DNA of 64,000 nt from assembly GCA_040954595.2 (NCBI GenBank), contig CM082585.2, positions 12,016,241-12,080,240 of the forward strand, read 5' to 3'. Source of the stretch: Balanoglossus misakiensis (taxonomy: Eukaryota; Animalia; Hemichordata). Both the position numbers and the translations under genes were made by a program. Each line of letters begins with the position of its first letter. Position 1 is the stretch's first letter. Below are positions 25,701 through 40,700 of the stretch, piece by piece. A model generated the notes under the pieces. That model made no database searches, was not told where the DNA came from, and was given only the letters and a program-made list of their open reading frames with translations.

Positions 25701-28700
25701 ACACAGATTAATGTACAAAGCCTATTTTATCGATTATGGTGTCTCCTTTCTTAGGCATATTCATCATCTCCTCTTTGTAATCATTTTGCTTAACACACTC
25801 ATTATTCGCTGGCCAACAGTAAAAATAAGGATGGAGGTTTACATTGTATCATTGCCAAGTGCTGTTGCTGATTGAATGATGACCTGAGAATGGGTTTATT
25901 TTGTGTTGTGTGTGAATGCCCAGTCAAGCTTGCACATATTGTGTTTTCTTTTTATATTATTTGGAAATGTCATGATATTACATGTATCTTCCAGGCTTAT
26001 TCGAAATATCATCTCTATTTCTGAAACCATGCAGGAACTGTCCTAGTGTAAGAAAAATACAAACTGTAAGAAGCACTCCTAAAGTTGGAGAGTTAACATT
26101 TCCACTTTCATATCATGACCCGAAGCTTGTTGAATTAAAATGTATTCCGTCTCTTCCATTCCTTTTCCGTAGGCTGCTCCAGCACCAGTCAGACTCCATG
26201 CGGACCAGGTCAAGGAATCACCATCACCGGAAGAACAACTATCCCCTCCCCAACATTCACCGGCACCCATAGTCCAGTCTTCAATAGCACCAGAGGAGAC
26301 ATCACCTCTATCAGAGCCCTATGTACGTAACCAAAGCCAGTCAAGGAACTTTCCTCAACTGGCCTTTATAGACAGGTGGTCTTTATAAACAGATGATCTG
26401 AAGGGACAGGCCACTTAAAATGGCAATACTACAAATGTAGTTAGTAGAAAGAATCATGTTTTATAGCAATCCCTCATGAAATCCTGTGGGAAGAGACCAA
26501 ATTCCATCAAACTATATCATAAGTTCATTTACTGTCATCGGATCACGACAGGGAAGCCCCTGAAGCTTGAAACTTTGTTGTAAACATCTTTAGATTAATT
26601 TTATCAAGTGAAACTTTAGTGGATACTGTGTGGGTAGTTCAGACTTTCCAAAAAACCTCCCCCACCGTTTCCTGAGTGCCTAAAACATCCACTATTTCTT
26701 CATCTTAGGGTAGTTATAAACAAAACGTGCATTTGTGTGAAATAAATTTCAGTGGTCAGGTTTTGAGTTTTCAAACTAAGCAGCCCTTCTGTATGTAAAT
26801 AGCGAGGGCAGTTATAATCCCCAGCATTTCCACCCAGCACCCAATTCTGTAAAATTCAAGCTATCTTGTCTCAACCGAGGCGGAAAATCCATCGCAAGCA
26901 ATCGATACCTTTAGGAATATTGGTCTTGCATCGTTTTACATGTAAAGGTACTATGTGAGAGAGATAGCTTTTCATTTAGATTCATTGTACAATCATTGTG
27001 GGTTTATTTCAAGCTGGGGGCATGTAAGACTTTATCATGGGTCAGATGTAGATTGACACAAAGTGTCATCCGATATAAATTCAGATGTGTCTGCAGTTTT
27101 AATTTGTTGCTGATCATTGATGGTACAGGTTTAGAATATCTAAGTCTCTTTCTAATAGTGAAAAATAGCAGATAAATTTATGCAGTGACCCGTATACAAA
27201 TTGATCAGGTGATCAACCGATATGCAAAGATTGTTTTAAAATTAACAAGTGGCTAGTACTGCTGCTGTCCCCTTACGTATTGCCAAAATAATATTTGAAC
27301 TAGAAAGGCTGTTGCAAATTCTCCAATAGATTGATACAAGTATGAAATTGATATCACAATTGTCGTCTCACATTAAATGATACTCTGATGACATTCGTGA
27401 AGAAAGAAGACAAGCTAATGTTACATGATGAAACCCTAATACCATCATTCCACTTTTTTGATTACCTGTCAATCATGTCTGGGAATCCTCAAAAATGGAC
27501 ATTTTTGTCAAACTGTGCGTGTTTTCATCTGACGCTATACACAGCCACTTTCAGAAAACATGAAGTTTGTAACTCGAAAAATATTTGTCATATGTTTGAG
27601 CAACATTCCCGACAGGAAATTGGCCTGAATCCGCCCTTGAAAGACAGAAATTAGAATCTGAGGATTCTGTAGTTACAGTCACAGATTTCGTGTTTACGAC
27701 AGAAGAACCAACTACATCCAGAAACAAATCTTGCCAGCGTGAAATTAATTACTGTTCAGGGTCGCTGGATATCAGAGAGAGGTCATCTTATCTTGAATTT
27801 ATGGCTTGTCGTTTATGGCCCTCGTCATTCTCGGCATTCAGTGCTGTTTTGCAAATCACAATGATTGAAAGGATTTTGGTCGTACATGGATGTTTTATGA
27901 GACACCATTTACCACACGTGAAATTTACCCGAGTGATATTTCTTTCAGGTGTTCGAAATAGAACACACGGATTGCAGTCTATATTTCAAAAATCTCAAAA
28001 ATATTGAAATATTTTATCTTGAAACAAATTCAGGCAAAGGGGAGTTGAGATATGAGATTAAAAAAAGAGAGAATAAATCCAATGTTTGTTGTAAGTAGTT
28101 ACAAAACAACTTCAGGAACGTGTTACTTGTGTCTGGAGAAAGTAGAACGAGATTCAGAAAAACATGCATCACAGGAAATGCTTTGTCACCATGGTAACCA
28201 CATCAAAAGGTGAAGTGCGAGAGAGAGAGCACTCGGTGATAGTAAACATCGCCTTTCATGTGGATGTGAGTCATACCTTTTATTCAAAAACAGCTGCTCA
28301 CAACAGCTGCGACAACACTCAGCAGACGGCAGGGAACCCTGATGCTCAGAGAAAATACATCTTTCTGCTAGTCCCTTCTTGTTGTTAACAGCCCATTTGT
28401 TTCTCCAAAAAATTCGAGAAAACAATTTCAATAATTCCCAATAATAATGAGATTGGGTCAAACAGAACACAACGCAAAGAAATGCAACACAATGCAACAC
28501 AACAAAAAGCAAACAACACAACAAAACAAACCTCAGAACAACACAACACAAGAACTGCCATTGAAATGATAGATACAGTTGAACCCACTATCTACAAGAC
28601 AAAAATCTGTCATCTCCATCTGTCTGTTGTTAATCACTACATTGTATTTGTTTCGTTACCATGCCTACAGGTAAATGGTGTAGATGACAGCTGGGAATAT

Positions 28701-31700
28701 GAAGAACTAACCCTACAGCGAGTAAGTCTATCTTCCCTCTTTTTTTCACATTTCTTGTAATATTTATATTCTCATGATTTGCGATATTTATGTACTTATG
28801 ATTTGTATTGAATGTATACATTCTATGATTTATTGATTCTCCCATTACCAGCCCCACTCAGGTATTTATAGGAAACACAGCCTAATCAAACGTATTTTGT
28901 AGAATCAACAGTAGGAAAGGTTATTTGATAATGGTCTACATTAAATATTTGTGGTTTGAAAATAAAAGGCTAACATGAAATGTAAATGATCCCTTTCTTC
29001 CTTACTTTTCCCCCGAGTAAGTTTTCAGACATGAGTCGAAAATAATTGACGGGAAGTTTAACCAGAATCTAGAGGGGTCACCGAATGATGAGTTTGATGG
29101 GGACACTAATTAGATAAGTTCCCTTTTTTCGCGAAAACTGGATTAGGATGATTAGGATGTGCTGTGATGAGCTAACTTGATTACCGCTGGTGTTGAAATC
29201 AACACAATGTGGAATATACAAGAGGCTGTTTCTGAGCACCAATCTCAAATTTATTGCGACTCTTGATAAGATGTCAGCACAGCAGAGATATTAGGTCATT
29301 GTGATATCAACTCCAATTGAAAATTAAAAAGTGCTAAGATGAACTATTGGTGTTGTTGAAAGAAACATACTGAGGCTACAGCGACAGAGAAAGGTGCTAA
29401 CATGAACAATGATCAAGTTCAATGCTTATCCCTTGCCACACAACTTGTAGGCTTTAACTCCCCCTTCTGATCTGTATCAATCAATTAATCTCACTCCGGT
29501 TATTGATGCGTCCACAGGGAGGAGCTGGGTTAGGATTCAGCATTGCAGGTGGAACAGACAACCCACATATTGGTGATGATCCCAGTATTTTCATCACGAA
29601 ACTCATTCCTGGAGGAGCAGCAGCTGTGGATGGCCATTTAAAGTAAGCAACAATACCTCCCTCCCCCCTCCAAGGAGTAATCATCTTGATTTTAAAGGGG
29701 AGTGTCGTCAGATCTGCACATGTGCAATTTTTTTGTTTATAAACACACCACTGACATGGTTCTCTCTTGGTCAGATAGACCATCAGCCAGTACATGTCTA
29801 AAATGACTTCAAAGTTCAATTACAACGGTCAACAGGATTCTAGATTTTGAAATTGCTGCTATATAGCATCCATGCACAGACAGATGAATTGAATGAAATG
29901 TTATTAATTTCTGTCTTGCAGATTAAATGACATCATTGTTAAGGTGAACGACACAGACACAGTCAATGTGCCACACGCCACGGCCGTAGATGCGTTGAAG
30001 AAAGCCGGGGAAGTTGTCAGAATGGTAAGTTTCTTGTTTATTTTCTGGAGTATGTGTAGTTCTCCTGTTGGTTTATGTCAGTTAATGGATCATGTCACTG
30101 AAAAAAAATGTAGGCTGAAGTTGATTTCAAAACTAACCACTCGCATACACATGTACGCGCACACGCACACACACTCTGCATTACTCAAGGAGAAGGGTTT
30201 TTCCTGTCCAAACAGCTAGACATCTATTATTAATAATTTGCCAGAATCCCGTGGGATGAACTTGAGTTGATGAAGTACTGTTCTGTTCATTAGTCACCAC
30301 TGTTTCAATTCCCAGGTGAAGTTAGGTCATTAATTGTTAGCAGCGACTTGCATGAACCTGTCAGACAACGAGGGAACAAGATATTTTATATCTCATGCCA
30401 CCAGAATAACAATTTAACAATATAAGACATTGTTTGCATTTATGAACAAACATGCTGCCTCAGAAGGGATGGGCACTGTAACTTTCAGAATATATTTTTG
30501 TACTTTTTGTCCTGTACATCAACTACAGTGTTAGGTAGTACTTTCTTCCCCATTTTGAATCATGTTGTACACATTCTGCAGATGGATAATGTGAACAGAA
30601 AGTAATTGATTTTTAATGTCAAACCCAGTTAGAAGCATTACGAATATCTTAGGGAGAAATCCTGTGTGTACATGACTTAAATTTGTAATGCCATTTCTTC
30701 GCTTTCTGCATCTGACAAAAATTGAGAATGACAATGTTGGTTATCTTGAGTGAAAATAGATGTCCCCACCCATGTATGTAATCCTTCCTACATACAAAAT
30801 GCATCACGGCTAATTGTAGAATGTCGGAGCTTCTAAAAATACCTTCATTATCATGAGATCTTCACCCCATGTAATCCAGATATTACAGATTAAAGGGGAC
30901 AACTAGTGTGTCCTCCCTTAGAACATGATTCAGATCCCTTGCATTGTCAAATTTCCTTTGACAAAATGTCGTCTCTCGATTCTGTTATTATCTACAAATA
31001 ATGCATTGAAGATGACAAAAATTGCTGTTTCATGAAATTTTTATGCAGTTCTTTTTATGTATTTATGTTGAAATATTGTCATAAATGTTAAAGTGTGTCC
31101 AGGTTGAAATGAGGTCAGTTGCAATGAGAAACCCTTACTAAATGCTGTTGGTGTTGCTTTTCATCGGTTTAATACAAAAAATGAAAGAGAATAGTATCCT
31201 GCAGGGAAATCTCTGAGTAAAATGACTGGGAAACCTCGGGAACATTTACCTGGATTCCTGCCCTTAAACAATTATAACACTGTGTGTGAGAGAGAGCCAC
31301 ATGCAAAGACTTCCATGATAGAGCGGTCATTTCTCACCCCGCTTTTCCTAATTAGGTCTTGCGGCGCAGGAAAGCAGTTCCGGAAAACATCATCACAGTG
31401 GAACTGCTGAAAGGCAGCAAAGGCCTCGGATTCAGCATCGCGGGAGGCGTAGGCAATCAGCATATTCCCGGTGATAACGGAATTTTTGTCACGAAAATCA
31501 TCGAAGGTGGCGCTGCTCAACAAGAAGGAACTCTTCAGATCGGCGACAGACTGATCAAAGTAAGTTATCAATCAGTTTTACAAGAAATATCAAAAGCCGT
31601 TCTATCACTGAGCTATCAATGATTTGTCACTCATTCCGAGATCTGTTAATTACCATAGCAACGGAATGGTAGCCAAGTGATGCAATCAAGCTTTGTACGA

Positions 31701-34700
31701 AACTAGAATAGGTTCAGAGTTTAAATGTAACTTTTGTGCTGTTGAACACAATGGGCCATGTGAAGTTTGTCCTGCGTCTGGAGAATGTCCCCATAAAAAT
31801 TGCCGGGTCTTGTGGAGTTCGGAAAATGTTCTATATACTTGTGTGTGCATTCTGTCTACAGGTTGGAATCTCAGATTTGGAAAATGTTACGCACGAGGAT
31901 GCTGTAGCTGCTTTAAAGGCAACACCAGAGAAAGTTGTACTCGTGGTGGCCAAGCCACAAAATCTTCCTGCAGGAGTGTATGACGACAGCCCCCCTCACC
32001 CACCTGATATTTCAAATATTAGTCAAACTAGTTCACAAAATGGTGAGTTGGCTATTTCCATGACCCTTGCATGACCATTAACATCATGGCATTTTTATGG
32101 TTGTCAATATTAAACATTTCTTTCTTCAATAGTGGAGAAAACTGGTGTGAATTTAGTTTTAATATTAGCATGATATTGAACTGACAGATGATGTGAATAC
32201 TGTTGCGAGTTTGATTGACCCAAACTGTAACACTGTTTCTTTTTCCTTTGTGACTACAGTCTACCAACACACACCGCCGTCAGTGCGAAGTGACCATTCA
32301 GCGCCCCCTCTGCCTCCTCCAACGAACAACCTCCCTCCTGAAGTCATGTACTCAAGCATCAACAAGTCCTTGGCTGACCCCTACTCCTCAAGTACACCTA
32401 AACCCTATGTAGTAGATGGGGATGACTTTCCCAGGTAAGAAACTTCACACTTCATTCGTCGTAGCTTGCTGCCTGATAAATTGTCATGAATGCTTATACT
32501 GAGAAATAATTGTGACGTAAAATGGCAACTGTGTCAGCATTAATAATGGACTGATCAGTAATTAACTGTAGCATATTCTGATAGAATTTGTCACAAACAA
32601 CATCACAATGTGATGAAAGTATATCATTGCGTGGTACACCTTCCCCTGATGAAATGACACAATCCTCTGATTGATTCAACTCTTGTTTGTCTGTAGAAAT
32701 ATGCAGTGTTTTCTGACATTATTACAAAACCACTTTTTATGCTAAATTTTGCCCTCAATAAGTGATGAGTCTGCTTCATGTAAGCTTCAGGTGAAATCTT
32801 GTATCGCTGTTTTGTTAAAATTCAAATTACATGGTGAATACAAGCAATCGTGTTGTGCCGATGTGGCCAGCGCCCTCTAGTGTGGAAGAATGTAGTTCCT
32901 CGGACAAGCTGATTCTAACAAGAATGCAAAACAAGTTCAAGGACACAAGAGAGGTGGTGGCAGGTTTTATCGAACATTTGTCTGTGATATGGTGAAGTGA
33001 GTAGATTTTGGAAAAGACGTGATGATAATTACTTGTGGTCCAAAGTCAGGGGTTGTGTGGTTAGGCTTTTATATATTAAGGAGGAACTTTCACCTTATGT
33101 ATATTAATTACCTGCATTTCTGTGGTGTCTATTAAAAGACTGTTCATTGGAGTATGTATTCATTTACCTGCATTTGAATTGGTTGTATATATATGGAATT
33201 TACCTTTGATATTTTAAATATTAATGGCCACAGATGGAAGAGAGAAACAACATTTACAGAAAAATTATTCAAATTGAATTGAGAGCTATAAATAATACAG
33301 GTCATCAGGTGGTTTTGTTGTTAAGTGCTATTATGTAGAGTACACCATGTGTTGGTATAGATAGTGACACTTTAAATAGTCATTTGATAAATAGATTTAA
33401 ATAGTCATTTGATAAATAGATTGTTTGCTACAATGTTGTCAATCAAATGGTTGTTATTAGTGCAGTATAAACAACGATATAAGCTGATACTGAAGTAACA
33501 ACAGCCATGTTGTAAGTATATGATCATTTTACATTCTGTTTTGAATATGTTATGCCTTAATTATGAGGTTTTGTAAAGCATATAAGAATATTCCATATTT
33601 TGCCAATCGTTTAATTCCTGGAAGAGTCTGTTTTGTGCCAGTCACGTCTGTTCAAATTGAAAAAAAAGGTGAAAATTTAATTGATTATTTAATGAATTTT
33701 TCAAGGGAAGGGAGAGGTTGGCATAAGTATATTATCAAAAAGGAGAAAAATAACCGTGTTTATTGGAAAAAATTGGTATCTGTGAACAAGATATTTCAAT
33801 GGGGAAGATGGGTCTGTGTTTGGTTAAAAAAAGCTATGTATTTGTGATCATGTGTATTAAATTAGTTTCCCTGGCCCTGTCCTTATGTGGATGGGTCAAT
33901 GATCTCAAGAAGAGACAACACGCATGTCCTGAATGTCCTACCCGTTGCAAAAAAAAAGTTAGTAGACGCAGATTAAGAATAATTTAATCGGTGGGTTGGC
34001 TTCGTACTGGTAGAACCTATCAATGGCCCCACTGAACGTACTTCATAGCTGTATTTATATCGCGCACAAATGGATATAGACCACATCGTTATCTCTCTGC
34101 ACTACTCGGAGATATTGTGGTGCTGAGATGCTCTGAGTGGCAACTCCTTCTCTTTATTTCATCACCGGGCGTCCGTAAAAAGACCGTAATGTTTCACCGT
34201 TAGGATTGAGATGTGTGTGATGCTCCCAGCAGGCAAGTAGTCGATTTGAAAGTCTTCCTTTGGAATTAGCTGAGGGTGTTTAAAAAATGTTGAATTATGT
34301 GAGTTCAGCTTTTATGCTGTTCCTTTTTCTTCTTCGAGCTTTCTAGTGGCTTCACAATGTAGAGGAGACATTTTCTTTTACACTGTGTACTTTTATTGAT
34401 TTGAAAAAGTACACTATGTTATTGAATATGGTGAGATTTCAGTTCCTTCAGATTCAGAATAGATTCACAACCTAGTTAAACGAAGAAAGATATTGAACAG
34501 TAGTAAAGATGGAAAATTTTGTTTACTAGGACATAGCGACACTAGAAATATTCAGGGACACTGATCTCTTTAGGATACAGGGTTTATGTGAAATAGAGGT
34601 TAAAATCTGATATGAATTATTTATCATATCCCTGTACGTGTGTAGTCAAGACAGTGGCCATTTTGGTCTCATAATCGATGGCTGTGTCCCCATGGCCCAT

Positions 34701-37700
34701 GTTTTGACTGCTGCTTTGAGGTGAATGCAAAACATCCTTGCAGTTGCCGTTGGTGATCATTCAGTCGTCTAAGTGATCACGTACTCAGGTTCTCTGACAT
34801 TCTCTTGTCTTTTGTATATCAGGTCAAAAATTTCACAGAACTGCTACCAGAAAAAGAAATCCATTGATTGTCTATATACGTTGACTGCTAATTTCTCATC
34901 TATTTTTAAATTATATGATTCTTAAGGTTTGCTCAGTTGTACCTTAAATTGTTCGGAATTTACATGCCGGTATTTATTTCAATAGAAATTCAAAACTCTG
35001 GAATGTACATGCATGCTGCCAACCTTAATTTCTCTGATCTTTCCACTTGTATTTCATTGCCATTAATTCCACTGAAAAAATCTCCTGGATTAATATATAA
35101 CACTGAGCATAATTTCATACATTCTGTAATCAAACCCTAATCTCAGGTTTTTACCTGAGACATGGCATTGTTAAGGTAGCACTAAATATAATTATAGTTT
35201 GCCAGCAGTGACTAGAAATATATAATCCATGGCTCCCACAAGGGTCAAACGCTATCAGTAAAACTCCTTGTTAAAGTAGGAACAGATACGTAAAAGTGGT
35301 TTCTATGTCTCGACTTAAGTGAATGTATTGTGGTAATATGCCATTTGCATCGAACGGGTCTGGCGCACTGGAGTATATATGCGCAGTTTATTTTTACGGG
35401 ACATGCTGTCTGGTGGAAATAAAATCCAGTTCTGATTCTCTAGGCTGGGAGTTGTTTGTTTCACCTGAGACATGAAAAATATGATCATAATAAAGTTTGA
35501 ATTGCTGTGCCCAAAATGTGAGTTAAAATCCAAGAAGACAACTATAGGCATACATGAACATGGTTCAGTAAAATTGTGATGTAACATATAAATAAGGAAT
35601 ATATTCTGAAGGTGTCATTGCGATTGTAAGGTATTTTAATCAGTTCTATTTCTGTGCTGTTTATAATATGACCAATGATGCAGTCACATCGAAATGTAGA
35701 GAGGAAAATTTATTGTTGGCTTTTTATGGATGGATGAATGGAAATGGCGCTGTTGTCTGTGATGGATTGTGATTCCAGTGGTAGATTTGAATGTGTCTAT
35801 TGGAGAAGGAGGGGGAGGGATGGAGAGCCATCCATTTCTGCAGTCAGTCCTTCAAGTTTGTCTGTCAGCCAGGAAATAAACTGTTACCGACTGAAGATTC
35901 CAGTGGTTACAAGTGATTTTAGAGTGACATGGTAGAAGAGAATTCATTCAAAGTTGTGCACCATCAATGGTGAAATGACAGGATTGTTTTCTGCCGAGCG
36001 TATTATACACATACCTGTAGTCGTGAGTCAGAGAAGTGTAATACGCGAAATAGCTGAGATTAATGGACATCAATTGGCGTTTCATTTTCAACTATCCACA
36101 TCACAATCGCGTTTCGCTGTCGCTAATGATCTCCGGAATGTACATTCATGAATGTTGAAACCGTTACCCGCCATTATGGGGCAACTTGTGTTGCACTGAA
36201 ACCAGTCAAGGAGAAAATTGCAGTATTCATGAAACTCCTTTGCCTGCTTTCAGTTTGTGTTCTCTTTTAATGTCACATTATTCTCAGCATGGAAGAATAG
36301 TTTGAAAACTGTTGCACTGAAAAATTTCCAATGGGGTGTAATAAAATACGCTGTGCCAATGAAGTCTTCAAGTGAAAATACAACTTCATAGGATTAAAAT
36401 GATACCCCTGCTGAGAAAAAATGACTCATAATTTCAAAAATCGATATTTTTACTCCTGATCGGTTGTATCTTTATCAGTGGACCCATTACTGCTCTGATG
36501 GATTTTGTTTCTCTACGAAAATAACATTGTGGGCAGCATTTTTTGTGTCTGCCAATTTATAAGATTTTCTGTCGGTAATCTGATGCCATATCAATTCTTG
36601 TGACCATTTGTGGGAATGCAAGGTTGGACTGGAAGAACTCTGGTTTTTGGTTACTTGACACTAAGCATTGCACACAAATTGCCATGGTGATCAATATCCG
36701 ATTTGAAACAAAATAATTTGCAGGGTCATTAGCTGTAGTCGTGGTAATCTGAGAAACAGCAATCAATTTCTAAATGATCAGTTGTGATTCAAGAATAAAA
36801 TGGTTTTGATCAGCCAGACATCTTGCTTTTCGGGAGTCAAGGCAATTGTGTCCTTAGAGCGAACAGATTTGTTTTAGATGAACTTCACAGGCGTTTCATT
36901 TGGATTTTTTGGAAGGACAAACTGTAGATCTTCCTGTCTGAGGTATTTCCAGTGACAATAAATTGTCAAGTGGCAATATTTCGTAAAATGATAGTGTAGG
37001 ATACCTGTAAAAAGATTATCACTCGACACAAAATGTCATTGGACTTTATTTTTAGAACATTTGTGTAGGAGTTGCTCCAAGGTGTACTATATTTAGAATG
37101 AGAGTGCTACCTCTTAGTTGCCCACGTACAAAAAAAAAATATTGACAGGAAAATAAAGGCTGTAAGGGAAAAAGATCAGTGTCGTATTTGGATAGGTCAG
37201 TATTTTGTGGAGGTCCGTGCTTGTATAGGTCGCTACCATATTTGGAGAGGTCAGAATTTGCATACGTCCTCACTGTACGTGTATTTGGATACTAACGCTG
37301 CTGATGAGGTGATGCGAGTGCTGGGATCAAATTTTGGACCAAGTCTGCTGATCAGCCAAGATCGCATTTTAGGAAACTGATCCTCTCCGTTAGTGTAAGA
37401 CTTTTTATCAACTGTACACCTCAGTAGCTGCTCATCAGTGAGTGGTATCAAAAATTAATATTATAGGAGTTGAAATATGCAGAGCTTGACTGACAAATTA
37501 TTCCTATCTTTGTGCGTGACCATGCATGTTCATACGCTTGTCTCTGGTCAGGTTTTCTATGGTTGTCTGTCGAAGTGTAGAATTTGACACATTATTTCAT
37601 TGGCATCAGCTACTCTATTGTACTAAAAAAATGAATAATTTTTGGTCTGTCTCGAATTCATCTCAGCTTTAGTGTTGACAGAGGATAGTACCCTCTGTTC

Positions 37701-40700
37701 ATTGGTTATACGTGACCCTAAACAATTGTGCGACCTTGTGTTCATGGAATGTGGAAAAATGAAAAAAAACTGCCATGAATAATAATATATCATTCCATCC
37801 ATGTTTGAAAATTAATCTGACCTATATTAATCTCACCTGACGAATAACTTAAAGCAAGAGCTATGTTTTAGAATTAGTGACTGTATATATGGCAGTGACT
37901 ACATCATGATCAGTCAGTGACATCTTGTGGTCTTTTTATTCGGTGTTAAAATCACACATTGCTGTTTTCTGTTAAGATTTTCATCAAACTTTCTACTGTG
38001 GACAGTAACCACATGTTAGATTGCATACAGCCGGGTGAATTAGTATTCTCAATGCAATGTGCGGTCAGAGCCGGATAGTCGATGCCATCATTTATAATTT
38101 ATCCACAATAGGCCTGTGATAAATTTTGATGACTGTTGGAAGAGGCCTGCAAGGCTTGCTTCGAAAGAAAGTGTTACGGGAGTCACTCCGAAAAAATCAA
38201 CTCTGCTATTTTTAGGTTTTAGTTGTTCTTGGATTAATTGAATTTGAAGATGACAAGATTTGCGATGTGTATTTTTGTGTACACAAGAAGTGACATCAGA
38301 ATTTTTGCTTCACGAGCAAGTTGTGCGTTTTCCTCGAGATACAGTGACTGTATAAATACCACCATTCAGATAAGTATTAGGATCAGGGATTCAGGGTTTG
38401 CCTGTAGGTGACAATGATGATCCTACTGACATCTCAAGTCTTAATAATCGCAGTGGTACAAGTCACTTTCTGATTGGCTGAATAAGTGAAGCCTTGACTG
38501 AAGCAGGTCATCCCGGCCAATCAGATGTGGGTAAACATAAGAGCAGTGGGGAGCTTGGGACAGTATGTTTTAATTTCTGTACTGAAACGTTAATGTCTGT
38601 AGGCAATGTCATGTGATGTCTGTATGTCAGTGCTGTTTACCATCATGCAGTTAAGAAATGAATTATTTGAGATACTATTACACTTTTTATTTTCTGGAAA
38701 TCGGTCATCTTGAGGTCACAGTGACTTCTGATAAAAAAGATGTGTGCTGTGTTCTGATTTTAAATCCATTGAGAATTGCTGCCTCGTCGTTTGGAAATAG
38801 AAAATTGAAATTACCAAAGGGAGGTTGGAGTGTTCTTGAAGACACTCTTTCAGTCGGATTGAGATGCAGAAGCAGAATAATGTGCTAGTCGATGCATTGC
38901 CATGACAACTGTCTTTTGACATTCAGAAAGCATTATTGGAAATCATTGAGGTCTACCTAATGCTTTGATATAAAACAAACGCACCGACCCTGGCCTGTGT
39001 CGTCCTGTGAGATGCAAGGGGAGTATCACACAGAGGACAGTCCTGTCTCTGATGTTGTTGGACGTGAGTGAGTGACTTTTCAGTTACCTTGGATTTTTTC
39101 AACATCTGTCATTAGGATTTAGCTTGCCAGCTTATGTTGTGTGATTGACTGAATAGGTCAGAATTGATACCCATGTACACAAATCTTGCTACTGTACGAA
39201 AGCTTTGGTCTGTATTCTTCTCTCAATAATATCCATAAACTGATGCATGAGGCCTTTCCAAAATATGTGATGTTGAACATGTATATAAGCTTAGCTGAAT
39301 TCTGTCCTGTATTTATTTTATTATTTGTATGTATTGATTATAGTTCATATCATTAATGGCTGTCTACTGGCAAAGTTCTTCAGTGGAATACAATACAGGA
39401 TATATGTCTGTCTTTTTTTAGTAATCATACCTTCTCATTAGTACTAACCTTTCTCAAGGCCTTGAAGTGAAAACTTGTGGGGATTTGTTTCACTGTAGGT
39501 GTAGATGATATTTCAAATTTCCAGGAAATTGAACATTTTTTGTTTGGCTTCTACAGTCAAATGGCATTGAATATGTAATCCTTTCTCAACAAGGAACGCC
39601 TCTGTTTGCAGAATCATAAAATGAGGAAGTAACTTGCCTCAGGAAAAAATCTTCTGTGCATTAATTAAAATTGCTCCAAACGTTTATGCTTTGAGCATGT
39701 ACAAAGTATGAGTAAAAGTGTTTTGATGAGCTGAAGATGCCAGTGATTTCTGTCTAGTCGATACAGCCATGCATTCTGATATCTGTTCAGTTTTATCTTC
39801 TGTGCTGTTCACCAGTAGCTCTCCTACGGTCCTTTTCAAATTTCTATCTGGAGCTGGTCTGCCAAGTAAATTGTATTACAAATGCTAAATGTTCTCCTAT
39901 TTCCTGTGTTTTATTTTCAGAGAACCTCGCAAAGTAGTCCTTCAGAAGGGGACAACTGGACTTGGTTTTAACATCGTCGGAGGGGAAGACGGAGAGGGTA
40001 TTTTTATCTCCTTTATTCTGGCCGGTGGTGTTGCTGATCTTAGTGGAGAACTGAAACGAGGAGACCAAATTCTATCTGTGAGTTGATACTTTATTCTGTT
40101 GTACATGAAATAGAAGTCAAACTATTAACATAGTGAGTTCCAAGGTCTTTTTGTGAGGAATACACAGACTTGGTAGATCAGTAACAAAATTTGGACAGTG
40201 ATACAATTCAAGAATAAGAACAAAATAGAGTATGAGATGATGATACTGGGAATTAAAACGGTTGACATTAGTCAGATTGGTCGTGATATTCAAACAAGTC
40301 TTGTATTCCCACAAGAGAAGATTGAGACAGCGACAACCTTGGGAATTCAGGTTAATTTCATTCTCCCTCAAGAGAATTAACAGAGAACTACATTTTCCAT
40401 GGAAGGTGCTGTCGCAGCACGGAATGATTTAGTGAGGGATTGATTGTTTGCCGGAACGTCAGAAGCTGATCAGTGTGTTCACAAATGTAAGCAAGAACCC
40501 AGAACCGAATGCTGGGAAGATTTATATCCCCTCGTACAAGTCTTCAGGATTTTGATATAATGAATTGCAATGAAGGTTGTAAATTTTTGTCAGCCTGTGG
40601 CAGAATTGAGATCGTTTTATTGTAGACTGTATGCTATACAAGTTGAAAGGTTGTTCTGGGCCAGAAGGAATGTCAATAGGTCGGGGAACATTTCATTTAA

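Noticed and set aside
34000-34240. CpG-containing stretch with ATG and cag|gcaagt as a possible internal first exon
   Set aside because: Non-canonical GC donor in phase 1, whereas the next exon needs phase 2.
37172-37292. Degenerate repeats TATTTGGA.AGGTC (ORF with DLSKY repeats)
   Set aside because: Short, irregular decayed repeat with no splice or homology support for coding.
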